Shown piece by piece: positions 41,200 through 53,599 of a DNA stretch of 64,000 nucleotides (its first letter is position 1; each line of letters opens with the position of its first letter). The stretch spans positions 15,770,101 through 15,834,100 of the forward strand of contig NC_092677.1 in NCBI RefSeq assembly GCF_964355755.1, written 5' to 3'. A model generated the notes under the pieces. It was not told the origin of the DNA and made no database searches. It worked only from the letters and a program-made list of their open reading frames with translations. This stretch comes from Antedon mediterranea (Eukaryota > Animalia > Echinodermata). The position numbers were made by a program, and so were the translations under genes.

Positions 41200-41460
41200 T
41201 CACGCGCCTAATACTGCCCCCTAGAGTCTTCACCAATCCTCTTTTACGACGTCACGTGACAAAATTCAATGTTGTTCTTTAATTTTGTTAACGTCAAGAG
41301 CATTTTATTTGTTATCGAATTGATAAGTTACAGCTAAAAATATACCAACAAGTAAATAATAATATTTTAGAATACAAATATAATTTTTAAGCAACGTTAA
41401 TGATTATAAAAAACAAAAATATATATTACTTTTGAAATTCATTATTTCAAGATGGCGGCT
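41200..41460. promoter_or_regulatory. Bidirectional promoter CENPL/CTDP1
   Basis: Divergent genes. CTCF-like CTGCCCCCTAGAG 41214-41226, CCAAT 41233, overlapping CRE-like/E-box GACGTCACGTGAC 41248-41260, and YY1-type CAAGATGGCGGC across the CTDP1 ATG. Confidence 0.65.
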
Positions 41461-44400
41461 TTTGACAACATCGTTACGTTTTGCGGAAATAAACGGAGCA
41501 AAATTGTGAATTTGAAAGTAAAAATAGGTACGAGAGTATCAAAAGGTTCTACTATTGGACTGTTCAAAGTAATTGATGCTAACGCAGATGATGGATTATC
41601 TAAAAATACTGAAAAAATACGATCTGAAACAGTGGGAACTGTAAAAGAGCTACTTGTTTCAGAGGGCGACACCATCGATCCCAGGTCAGTCAAAATGATG
41701 ATGACTCAACCCATGTATTAGTAAACAGAGTATTATAATAAACAACAGGTACCTGGATGGCCATGATCTGTACTGTGCTGGTGGTATCGTAGCTGCTGAT
41801 TGTGCTTAGTTTGGCGTGCAATTTAAAAACATTACTGTATTTTTTAATATTATGAATATAAATATTAAATAAATTATAATATTAATAAATAAGTTTTGCA
41901 TGCAAATATTTATTTAGCCGCATTAGCGATATTATTTTATTAATATAATACTGTACTACTAGCCTAGTCTACTACCACACCTAGGCTGCCTACCTAATAA
42001 TACGCCTACTACTAGGCCTACTAGGCTAGAGGAGGCCCGGGCCTAGCTAGCTATGCCTAGTACTAGCCTAGTAGGCTAGGCCTAGGCCTTATATTATATC
42101 TAAAATTCTAATATACAGTATATTAAAAATTATATTTTATTGTCTATTATTATTGATGATTTTGTTTGAATGAAGAATGAATGTCCTACTCTTTACTACA
42201 CTATATTATACTAACTGTTCATTTTATGTTGTTAAAAATATGTCGAGGATTTTTCATTGTGCACATAAAAAATCAAAACCATTGTGATTGTGATGTATTC
42301 TTTATTATATTTGCAGGACACCTTTGTTTGCAATCTTAGGATGTCAACATCCAACAGTAATGAAGGACATGTGTGCAGAGTGTGGTGCAGACCTAAGAAC
42401 GTATGATAACTTTCTTTTGTGTCATTACCTTTATTATGCACTTGTCAATTGTATGACCCACTATACGACCCCCGGGAGAGGTGCGTCATGGGTGCGTCAT
42501 TTACAAATAATTACTGACGCAGGGGTGCGTCAAAAAAACCTAGATGGTACGTCACATCAATGAACAAAGTGTGTCAATGTCCGTCACTTTACCACCAACC
42601 ATATCATAAACAACATGGTCACAGTGCGTCAAAATGGGTGCGTCATGGTCACCTAAAGGTAAGTCACCTTTTTGACGCACGGGTGCGTCATGGTATTCAA
42701 AAGTATGACGCACATCGGACAAATGACGCACCTCTCCCGGGGGTCGTATAGTGCGTCATACAATTGACAAGTGCATATAATCAACAATGTTTCAGTTCAG
42801 TTTTTTTATTTACCAAATATCATTACCAACTATAATTTGATATTACTGTTATAAAAAATAATGTAAATTTGTTTGTTTATCTAGTATTATTAATTTAATT
42901 GACAGCGAATAATTCATTATATAATTGATATACAGTAGTAAGTAATTAAAATGGACAAGTTTACAATACAATGGCGTAGAATGACAAATTTTTTAACTGT
43001 TTCTGTAGAGCTCAAGGCCAACCTGGTGAGAGGCAACAATCCAGCTCAGCGTCTGTAGCTATGGTACACAGCATCCCAGAGCTTCATGTCAGCAAAGAGG
43101 TAATCAAGTTTATGAACTTTTAATGTGCTATAATTAAACTTGTACTGTAAAACCTGTGTGTGTGGGAATGGGTTTGAAATCACACTAATAATACACAGCC
43201 AGAAAAAACAAGGCTACAATGCATTTAACTAGTGAATCATAATATGTATAATTTTCAACATTGAATGACCATGTTGTATTGGAATGAATAAATGTTTCAA
43301 AGGTTTTAACTAATTATTAGTGAATTCAATTTGTATATTCTTTAATTATTTAACCTGATAAAATTACCAAACGCATTGACTTACTCGGTGATGATGAATC
43401 TTAAAGAAATTAACAGAATTCATTAATTTTTAGGAGGCACTAAGCTTGGCCAAAGATGATGAGGAACGCCTTTTGAAGCATCATAAGCTGGTCTTAGTGG
43501 TGGACTTGGATCAAACATTGATTCATACAACGATGGAAGCAGTTTCTGCAACAATGAAGGCAAGTTTGTGATCAGGGTTTACTGAAAGAATTTACATTAT
43601 TACATCATCAACAACTCATCCAACTAAATTCAAAGCTGATTTGTTGCCAAGCAACGTTTTGAATATGTACCAGATTCGGACTCCGATCTAGAAGCCATTT
43701 GTTTCCTGAAATTGTACGATTTTTTTCTTTTGTCCAATCAGCAGTGAGCATGAATGACCTTGCTTGACAACAGATAATTGAGGAACTTTTTTTCTTCTAA
43801 AGCACCCCATTGGAAACAAGTCCTTTTAAAACTTTTTTGGGTTATCATTGGTATCACTGTTTTTTTTATGTTTATATTATCTATGTTTCATGTACATTCA
43901 TTTTATTTTATCTGTTGTGGTTTTTTAATTGTTTTCTTGAAATAAATCAAATCAACAGTAATAGTAGACCGTGACCCCCTGTACAGGCTTACCTACCTAC
44001 AATTTTTTTTGTAGCCCTCTTTCCCAACATTTGAAACACATCAAAACCTCCACAAATTCCATTTGCATTTTGATCCTAGGATGTACATCATTTCCAGTTA
44101 TGGAACTGTGGTCCTCAATCTCTCTGGTATCACACTCGAATCAGGCCAGGATGTAAAGCTTTTCTTGAGGAGGTTTCCAAGTATTATGAACTACACATCT
44201 TCACAATGGGGGCCAGGATGTATGCGCATACGATTGCTTCGTTTCTTGATCCAAACCAGAAGTATTTCTCGCATCGTATTCTTTCAAGGGATGAATGCTT
44301 TGATCGCAACCTGAAAACTGCAAATTTAGGGTAATTTTGTTTTGTTTTGCTAACTTTTGGTTTATGCACTAGGAATTTCGATTCATGGGTGATTATAAAA

Positions 44401-47400
44401 TATCATAAAACAATTTAATTCATTGTAACATATGCAGGGATGTCACCACGCTGGTCGGCGCTGGTCGGCCCCGACCAGCACTCAACATTTCCGACCAGGA
44501 TTTACAGGCTGCCGACCACCACTATTATTTATTAATCATCACGATATTTATATTAGGCCTAGGCCTAACTAAAATTCGTACTAAAACATTTTACCTAGCA
44601 CATCGTCAAGCTAGCCTCATATAGATAAGACAAAAGACTACAGCAAATGTTTCCGTGGTTACGTACGTTACTTTATTTGTAACACAATACCAGGCCTACC
44701 CTGCCCTGGTATTCATTGTTACAGCTTGTGAGTCATGGCGAACAACGTGCTACACAGCACAGTGTACAAGTTTAAAGTTCACATAGCGACCATTCAAGCG
44801 TTTTATTTTGCACAGATTAAAAATACAAACAAGTACGCAGTAATTAAAAATGTACAACTACATAGACCCAAACAAAATCATTTTTAATTGCTGAATGTTT
44901 TGTCACCCTGCTTTAATTATATTATGTTACTAGTTTTACATTTTTGTACTCTACGAACTATTAAAAAAAATAAAAAAACATGCGCATGGTTCAGTGAGAC
45001 CGGGCAAGTTCGTTCGTTTATGATCGCCGAGCATGGTACAGTCAACTCTCCCAATACCGGACTCTCTGAAAACCAGAAACTCTCCCAATACCAGACTTTT
45101 TTTAAGGACCAAAAGGTCCCAAATTTATATTTACCATTAAAAACACATTCCGAATACCAGACTTTCCGGAAAACCAGACTTATTTGGCCGGCCCAAAGGT
45201 GTCCGGTATTGGGAGAGTTGACTGTACAATAATTACACGTCCCTGGGATAACTTCAGGTTGCTGAACTTCAGTTAACCCATAAACACGTGTCTGTTCTTC
45301 CCGGCCATGCACTACGCTTGCTGCACAGTTGTGAAACAAAAAATCCGGAATTCGCGAATACGCTAAAAAACTCTCGCGCAAAAGAACACGAACATTATAT
45401 CGAGCAACAAGTAGTAAGGTCTAGGCTAATAATTTATCTACAGTATTTGATTAGGGATTAGGCCTAAATAAGGAAGCGCCTGTTTTTGTGGAATTCAGAT
45501 TTTGGGGCATCTATCTAAGCCTTGGCTAGGCCTAGTGGTCGTAGTGTCTACAAGGCTAGGCCTAAGCCTGACGCGATCTATTGCTATTCATTTCGTAAGC
45601 GTTTTTTTGTTTTCGCGAATAATAACGGCGACTCCCCGGTGGTACAAGGTTAGGCCTAGACCTGACGCAATTTGTTGTTATTTATTTTCATAATTCTTTA
45701 CTCTAAAATAACGACAAACCCCGGGGGGGGAGATACCCCCCCCCCCCAGCCCCCGGGAAATTTGCCGACCGGCACTCCAAAAAGCTGGTGACATCCCTGC
45801 ATATGGAATATCAATGTGCATTATCTATCTATAAAGTACTGTATAATATACCTTGACAACTAGATGTTTTTTTTTTTGCTTCTTTTAGTTCAATTTTCCC
45901 ATGCGGTGACTCTATGGTATGCATTATTGATGACCGTGAAGATGTCTGGAGCAATGCACCTAATTTGATACATGTGAAACCATACTGCTATTTTAGAGGA
46001 ACAGGAGACATTAATACACCCCCACTGTACCAGAAACCAACTAAGGGTGACAATCCTTCAGCTACTAGTTCGCCTGTGTCAAACACAGATGCAATCAAAC
46101 TATCAGTTGAAGGGTCAATTAATACAGCTGATGAAACATTGGCTGATGCTTCAGGTGAAGCAAACATTGAGACATCTCCAACCACTGAGATCTCTGGCAA
46201 GACAAATGTTGAGACATCTCCAACCACTGAGATCTTTGACAAGACAAATGTTGAGACATCTCCAACCACTGAGATCTTTGACAAGACAACTGTTGAGACA
46301 TCTCTCACCACTGAGATCTCTGGCAAGACAACTGTTGAGACATCTCCAACCACTGAGGGCTCCGAAAAGGCTACTGGAGAGTCTAAAAAGTCGTGTGAAA
46401 CATCAAATACAAATGGAAATAAAACTTTGCAGCAAAATAACAATTCAACAGAACTAAAAAATGGAACATTACAAGAGGTGAAAAACAGTGATACTGATAG
46501 CAAGGAAAAGAAAGAAACCGGGAACATTACAAAAGACAAAGAAAACAGTAAAATAAGTGAAGGTAGGGAAGTAACAGTCCAAGAAGCAAAAGTTGAAAAA
46601 GTGGAAGAAAACAATGATGATGATCGTGACGATTACTTGCTGTACCTAAAAGAAAATTTGATAAAAGTACATAAAAAGTTTTATGAAATTTATGACCACT
46701 ATAAGAGCAAATCAACAGACAATACTTGTTCAGTCCCAGATCTGAAAGCGGTTGTGCCTTCAATACGCAAATCAACACTTGCAGGTGTCAACATTGTGTT
46801 CAGTGGTGTCTTTCCAACTGACATGCCACCAGAGAAAAGCCGTGCATGGAAGGTTGCTAAGGAACTAGGTGCTACGGTCTCACCTTCAATGATTGCTCGT
46901 TTTAAAGATAATGCTGGACCAGTAAATGCGACAACTCATTTAGTAGCAGCAAAGCCTGGTACCGAGAAAGTTCGACAAGCCCGACGAATGAAAGGCGTCA
47001 AAGTTGTAACAGTTGATTGGTTATGGTGCTGTCAAGAGCGTTGGGAACACATTGATGAACGTGTATTTCTCCTGCACTCTAGCAAAAAACCTGGACGTGG
47101 CTCAAGAAGTCGGAGCAGCACACCAGCATCTGCATTCACAGATTCCGAGAAGGATCAAGAAGTTGCAAAAAAAAGACGTGAAAAGAACAATCCACAAGCT
47201 CGACGTTTGACGAGACTCAGCAGTGACTATAACCCTTTATACAGCTTCTCAAGTGAAGATCTGAAGTGTATGGATATGGAAGTTGAGGATATCTTCAATG
47301 AGAGTAGCGACGAAAGTAAATCAGACGACTGCAGTGGAGATAACTCGCTTGGTAGCGTAACTCTTGCTCCGTCTTCGTCAAGTGAGGATAGCCTTGATCC

Positions 47401-47587
47401 AGAAGAACCTCATGGATGGAAACGAAAGCGACCTCCGGTTGAGTCTGATGATGAAGAGCGTGTAAAAAAAGTAGAAAAAGATGACAGTAGTTCAAGCCCA
47501 GGCTTAAGTGATGAGGATCGTAGCGAGGATGAAGACAAAATGGCTGCTGCTATTGATGACCTTTTGACCTATAGTAAAGTTTTGTGA
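41452..47587 (+). CDS. CTDP1: RNA polymerase II CTD phosphatase FCP1 (~827 aa)
   Basis: Exons 41452-41684, 42317-42400, 43009-43099, 43434-43559, 44080-44330, 45889-47587 (2484 nt). CQHPTVMKDMCAECGADLR, catalytic DLDQT, FSHRILSRDEC, FPCGDSMVCIIDDREDVW, and a BRCT domain. Confidence 0.95.
42437..42775. mobile_element. Palindromic MITE, TA-flanked
   Basis: 53-bp TIRs (42437-42489 / 42723-42775, one mismatch) and many internal TGCGTCA/TGACGCA motifs. In CTDP1 intron 2. Confidence 0.88.
44435..45799. mobile_element. hAT-like non-autonomous DNA transposon
   Basis: TIR CAGGGATGTCACCA / TGGTGACATCCCTG, subterminal CCGACC repeats, CATATG on both flanks. Confidence 0.8.
45039..45224. mobile_element. 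Tc1/mariner(pogo)-type MITE nested in the hAT-like element
   Basis: Perfect 24-bp TIR CAGTCAACTCTCCCAATACCGGAC with TA on both sides. Confidence 0.88.
46169..46357 (+). repeat. 42-bp coding tandem repeat in CTDP1 (ETSPTTEIxxKTxV x ~4.5)
   Basis: GAGACATCTC at 46169, 46211, 46253, 46295 and 46337. Confidence 0.92.
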
Positions 47588-50424
47588 CTGAATATTACTT
47601 AATTTGTAATTAAAAGGCTTATTATTAGTACATTATTCTAAGGCAATTTTATACAATTATTTTACTAGACATAAAATAATTCTTGTCAATTTTTTACCGA
47701 ATAATTATCTAACAATAATAATGTAAATCACATTTTCTGTCATCATTTGATTGTATATATTCAGTTTTACAATCTGTTTAATAATAATGAATAAAAGCAT
47801 GTACAGTTACAGTAGAACCATTTTTTTAGTGTAGTCTTTGTTCGATTAGTACCAGTATTTGATTCTTGCTTACAATTTACATAACAATTCTCAATGCAAC
47901 TAAATATATTGTTTTAAAACAAACAGTTTAGCATTATGTGATATTGATAATCATTTTTTTATAGAAACTTTGTTATTTTATGACACTTAACCGCAATAGT
48001 GTATATTATTTTATTACACAGCGTTCTTTGGTGTTGAGTAGGTAAAATTTAGTCTTTAAATTTGATATCCTTTTTTAATGTGATGTCAAACTGGAACCAC
48101 TCCCCTAACTATCTACTGTCTTGCAAATCAACTCCACGTACAGTACCAATTTGAAAATGATCTAGTACGGACAGTGGATGTGGAAATTATGGAAATATGC
48201 TTAAAGATATATTTTCCAGTTGAAATATTATTGTTTTGATGTCACATATAGTTATTCGCTTTTAGCAAAAATTGGTTCGAAAAACTAATTATTTAAAGCA
48301 AAAAATAGTCAAATTGGCTGCTAGCCAATGGGTCTTTGGTTGAATTTACCCGTTTGTCTTTTTATAAGTAACATTTTTTTTCTACAATTTTTTTCTACAA
48401 AAGTGAATAACTTTATTAAAATTGCAAAATGGCCTATTCAAAGTCTGATTTTATTAATCTTAGCTTTTAAAAAATCATATTAATTACAATTTTGATGTAT
48501 TACAGAACAGTATTTGAAAATGTTTTCTTATTACAAATTACGAAAAATTACAAAATTTCTCCGGTTGCAAATACCGGTTGTAGAAGATTTTGCATCTGGA
48601 TATCATCTCATGTGTATTTTGGTTCTGTAAATGGATTACCTGTGATGTCACTTTTTGCCAATACACTTAGTATAGATAATATAGATAAAAAAATACATTA
48701 AAAAGAAAAGATGTTCAAAACCTAGTATGTACCATGGCTCAATAAATATTACTCCATGTACTGCATGTATACAGAATCAATGAGGTATATTTTTGAATTT
48801 TTTTTTATCCAAATAGAACTTCTTCCCAAACAAATATTAAAAATAATGCTGCTTAGTGAAAAAAAATATGTAAAATAAAAGTTCTTTTATCTTACTCTTA
48901 TATTATAGTACTACATAGTTACAAAAACCCCTAAGAAAATAATTGTATTGATAACTGTAAACCCCATAATTAATTATATATCAAGTAGTTATTTAAATTG
49001 TTTAGATTTCAGGGATAAAGATTTATATAGTATAATTAATTGGACACAAATTAATGTTTGGTATGTATAGATGAATGTTTTGTAAATAGTGTATGTTTTG
49101 TATAAAATAGTTTTTCTTTTTGTAATAAAAATGTTTCCTGTAAAAATACATTTCCTTCTCTCTTTTTAAGCTCTGTTTTCACTACCATATTTAGGCATAT
49201 CACTACTATATTTAGGCACACACTTTTTTGTCAAACTAGTTTGATAGTGTAGACAGAGCTTTAATAAACTGAAAAAATCTCAATTGAATGGAACTACAGT
49301 AGTTCCACCAGAGTGCTTATGTTGAAACTGAAACAAACTAGTGTTCGAACGCTTATGTCAGCAATGGAACGGATTGTAACCAGTTGCGCTAATCTTACCG
49401 TCCGCACATGATTCGTAGTTGTATATAATGCTGAACTGATCGCATTTACCCACATCACACATGCGACTCAATTCTAAGTTTCCAGTTGCGTTCAGTGCCT
49501 ACATTGGTAAGCTACAAAATCACCTCAACGCTTTTTTCATGCACAAATGCTGTTTGTGCACTACACAGTGCAGTTTAAGCAAAACATAAAGCTTTGTTCT
49601 CAATTGAACGAAACACAAGGATGTAACCGCACCAAAAGTGTTTTATATTACTGCATTGATCAATTCATAAACTTCAATATTTAAAAATCATGTTAATGAA
49701 GTAAAAAATGTAGCTACCATCATTACTTGGTAGAGTTGTGCAAACAAGTCAACTTGCTAGATGCAACTACATCAGGGCCAGCTTGTATATTACGGACTAC
49801 TTTGTGTAATATATTGCAATTTCTCTGGTATGTCACTCAAACAAATATTGTTTAAAAGTAGCATTAATCTAAATATGCCAACTTAATGTCAGCGGCTACC
49901 AGATGTCTTTATGTAGACGGTTAACTGTACCAGTACTGCAGCAGTGTGTATTATAACAGTACCTGTATAACAATTTTGATCCTTAATGTTATGTAATTGT
50001 TATTTATTTAAAATTTGGTTTTAATAACACCTTTTGATTACAAGAAATAACTTGAATGTGATTCAATACATTTTACATTCTTGAATTGAAGTACATACCA
50101 ATTGCAGTTACAACCAGTGGCGGATACAGTAAGTTAGGGAGAGGGCCTAAAAATGGCAAAATTAAGTGCTGAACTTAAACCACTGTCCTATCTTTTGCAT
50201 TGTAATTTGCAATGAATCCACCTATGACAACAGAGAAGCATTGTAAAATAGGTTTACATGTCACTCTTTGCATGTAATTTCATAACATCCCCCTTTAAAT
50301 AATGTCATATTGTCTATATCTGTATTCCGATTTACATCTGCATTGTCACAGTTGAGCAGAGCTAATAGTAATACTGCAATTATTGATTTTAAATATTGTT
50401 GGTTTTACTGTACACCGCTTATTT

Positions 50425-52890
50425 TCAAACATTACTCTCATTAAATACGTCTTGTTTAGATTCTTCCACAGGTAATTCATCTTCTTTCCAATATGAATGC
50501 AAATCACATTTTCTCCCACTAAATGGATCCACTACATTGCCAAGTCTGTGTATCACTCTATCTACCTTGAAGTTGACAAACTTTGAACGCTTCAGTGGAA
50601 GTTCTTGAATGAGTACAATGTCACCTTCTTTAGCGTCTTCATTCGGGTCGTGGGCAAATTCAGTCTTCGATTTTGGAAAATACTGAGAGAAGAAATTATG
50701 TACAGTTAATACTCTAATCTATTTTTCTCTTTAAAATTACTCTCCATGAACGCTTTGGCTACTAAAGTGAACTATGGTGAATTGCAGCTTACCCATTCAT
50801 CTGGGAAAATACAGTGCATAAAGCTAGCCAAAAATGATGATGAGTAAAATCCCACTCACACTAATCACCAGTCAGTCAAAGGCGTTATATTTTTTTTTGC
50901 ATACGTGGTGGGACGTGATGTCATACCGCACCTTTATCCCTAGACAAGATTATTGGCCAATATTAAATTATACAAGAAGGGTCATACTATGGCATGACAA
51001 ATCACCCCCGTCTCCAGGTTCATCATCTCTAATATTGCTAATGATAAGACCTTGATGGGCTTAATTTAAATTCTCAACATTTCAGTTTAAATTTCAAATT
51101 AGTTTCAAAGTTTAAAAATGCTGCACGCCTACCTCTGTTATACAGTAGTTATTCAATTTTGGCCACAAATTTTTCGTTTTAGTTTTAATATGAAGTTTAT
51201 GAATTTGGATATCTGAAAGGGCTAAAAAATGATTGTGATACACTAAACGGGGCTGCTGCACACATCTACTACTAATGTACACACTACTAAGCTAGGTTTG
51301 TACTACTAGGCTAAGATATTATAGTAGTAGTAGTAGAGTAGTAGCAGTAGTAGAGGGCCTAGGCCACAGGTAGGTACTAATAGTAGGCCTAGTGGTGACA
51401 GATTAAATCAGTTGCATTAGAAATCGGTTGCGTTTTATTTTGCTCACAATAAAAATCAACATCCGCCACTAGAGCTATAATTTTGATGATATCTGTCACG
51501 TTTGAAATCGGTCGCGCTAATTTGTATGGGTGGGCTAGATTTTGTTTTATTAAAAGGTCATTGTTAATTTAGACTTATTCGTCTGATTATAGAAATTCAA
51601 ATAGATAAAGTAATGCAATATCTTTATATGTCTAGGTATTATAAATTATTAATATGACTGTTTTAAGCCAAAGTGAGCATATAATTTTAGATAAATAATA
51701 AATATGTAGATTATTTTTGATGAGATTATTTATAAATGAAGAAATAAATAACACACATTTCTAAAAGTTTTATTATTCTTGTAAATATCCATGAAAAAAA
51801 CTATCAAACGTATCATTTTGACGCTTAAAAGTGCGTATTTTTTAAGGGTAATCCTCGTTAGCAAAAGCATGTAGCTGCATGCCATAGATTGCGCAGATGA
51901 ACTCTGATGGTTTCAGAAATGTTTACTTATTTTAATCAATCGCATAATTTGATCGTTTTACTGAAAATTTTTATTTAAAAAAAACGTATAGAAATCTATG
52001 CATGATTCGCCACCTCAACAATCCATACCGTACACCTAATAAATATACAACATAAGGGCATAGATAGAAATATCGGGGAGAATAAAAATGGGTATGTTCG
52101 CTTACTTTATCTGGACTCAAATTGAATTTAATTTTTATTTTGTAGGCCTAAACTACTAAAGTAAATTAAAGTTTATTAAAAAACTGTTATACGTAATTTC
52201 ATATAAAATAATATAACGTACGTATAGGCCTAGGCCGGCGGCCTATATTAATATTCTCTGTACAAATATTTTAATTACATTTAAATAGTGTTTACTTGTT
52301 TCCCGTACACTTTCGTCTACGGGATCGAGGCGAAGCATATTTTTATTCACACGGAAAATAAGGGTGAAGCTCCTAAAGAATAAGATATCACTAAAAATAA
52401 AACGTGACCGATTTCAAACGCGACCGATATATCATCAACATTAATACTAATAATAGCTCTAGCGGCGCGCCATACAAAATGCCGAAGTTCGATTTCAAAC
52501 GCGACCGATATCATCACCGGTTTAGCCTACATAGGCTAGGCCTATTACTATAACTAGCTAGGCTGGGCTAGGCCTATTACTATAACTAGCTAGGCCTATT
52601 ACTATAACTAGCTAGGCCTATTAACTAGCCTAGAGAGGCCTCGCCTAGTTAGGCTGCTAGGTTAGTCTAGTAGTAGTAGTATAGTAGGCGCCCTAACTAG
52701 GTAGGCTAGGCCTGTGTAGTAGTAGTTAGTTTAGCTATAAATCTACCGCCACTGTCAATAAGAAGTCAATATTACATACCTGCAATAAATAGTTATCAAG
52801 TACTAACTTTTGAACTGACACCTTGGCGGTTTTACGCATTTTTGTACCAACAACTTGACCGACATATACGCGCAACTTACCACTTGCCAT
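50425..52890 (-). CDS. MRPS17: Mitochondrial ribosomal protein uS17m (~122 aa)
   Basis: Exon 52890-52780 (MASGKLRVYVGQVVGTKMRKTAKVSVQKLVLDNYLLQ) and exon 50682-50425 (YFPKSKTEFAHD..GDIVLIQELP..GNVVDPFSGRKC). Phase-0 GT-AG intron. Confidence 0.92.
51394..52519. mobile_element. Inverted-repeat DNA element in MRPS17 intron
   Basis: Left CTAGAGCTAT..TGATGATATC..CGTTTGAAATCGGTCGCG mirrors right CG(T/C)GACCGATTTCAAACG..ATCATCAA..ATAGCTCTAG. Confidence 0.6.
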
Positions 52891-52930
52891 GTTTATTTTT
52901 TATATGAACACGTTTTTTCTTTTGTAGCCG

Positions 52931-52944
52931 CCAGTAGAGGGCGC
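52931..52944 (+). promoter_or_regulatory. CTCF consensus site 41 bp upstream of MRPS17 ATG
   Basis: CCAGTAGAGGGCGC matches CCASYAGRKGGCRS. Confidence 0.55.
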
Positions 52945-53599
52945 TATATAAATGAATTTATTTTTTCCACATGCTTCGCCATTAACATTGTAAAGCACGC
53001 CGTTAAAATAACTCATATGAAGCTAACGACGGGTAGCGAAAACCAATTTGACTTAACTTCATCCTATGCGGAATACAGAATATTTCTTTTTTTTTTAAGA
53101 GCCTTCTATCACCGGTCATGAAATATTTGAAAGTTACGTTTTCATTTATATTTGCGAAGGTATTAATCAATTAATGCCATTTTCACCATTGAGTAGACCT
53201 AGTTGTTTGTTTGTTGTTTTTTTTTTCATTTTATAGACCTCGGCCTCGTGGACACATTCATTTTGTTTGTGAACGAACCTCGGTTTCAAAAATAATATCC
53301 CGTATTTATTTAACTTTAAACATGAAGATGGCGTGATTACATCGCGTAGATGCTTCATTATTAAAAAAGAATATTAAATTTTGTCATTATAACTATATAG
53401 CACGACTTTTTTTTAACCATTTCCATTATTTATTATGTTCTTTTTTAAATTTATGTTTACAAATTGTTTTGGCAAATAAAAGAAAGAAACATCAAGAGAA
53501 CAGATTGTCCTATTAAGCGCTTAGAATTTTTTTTTTTAATGAGATAATAATAACAGATTGAATACCTTTAATACTATACAATATAGGCCTTGATTAATA

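Noticed and set aside
45988-46614. 208-aa antisense ORF and 136-aa alternative-frame ORF in CTDP1
   Set aside because: Shadows of the low-complexity coding repeat; no independent evidence.
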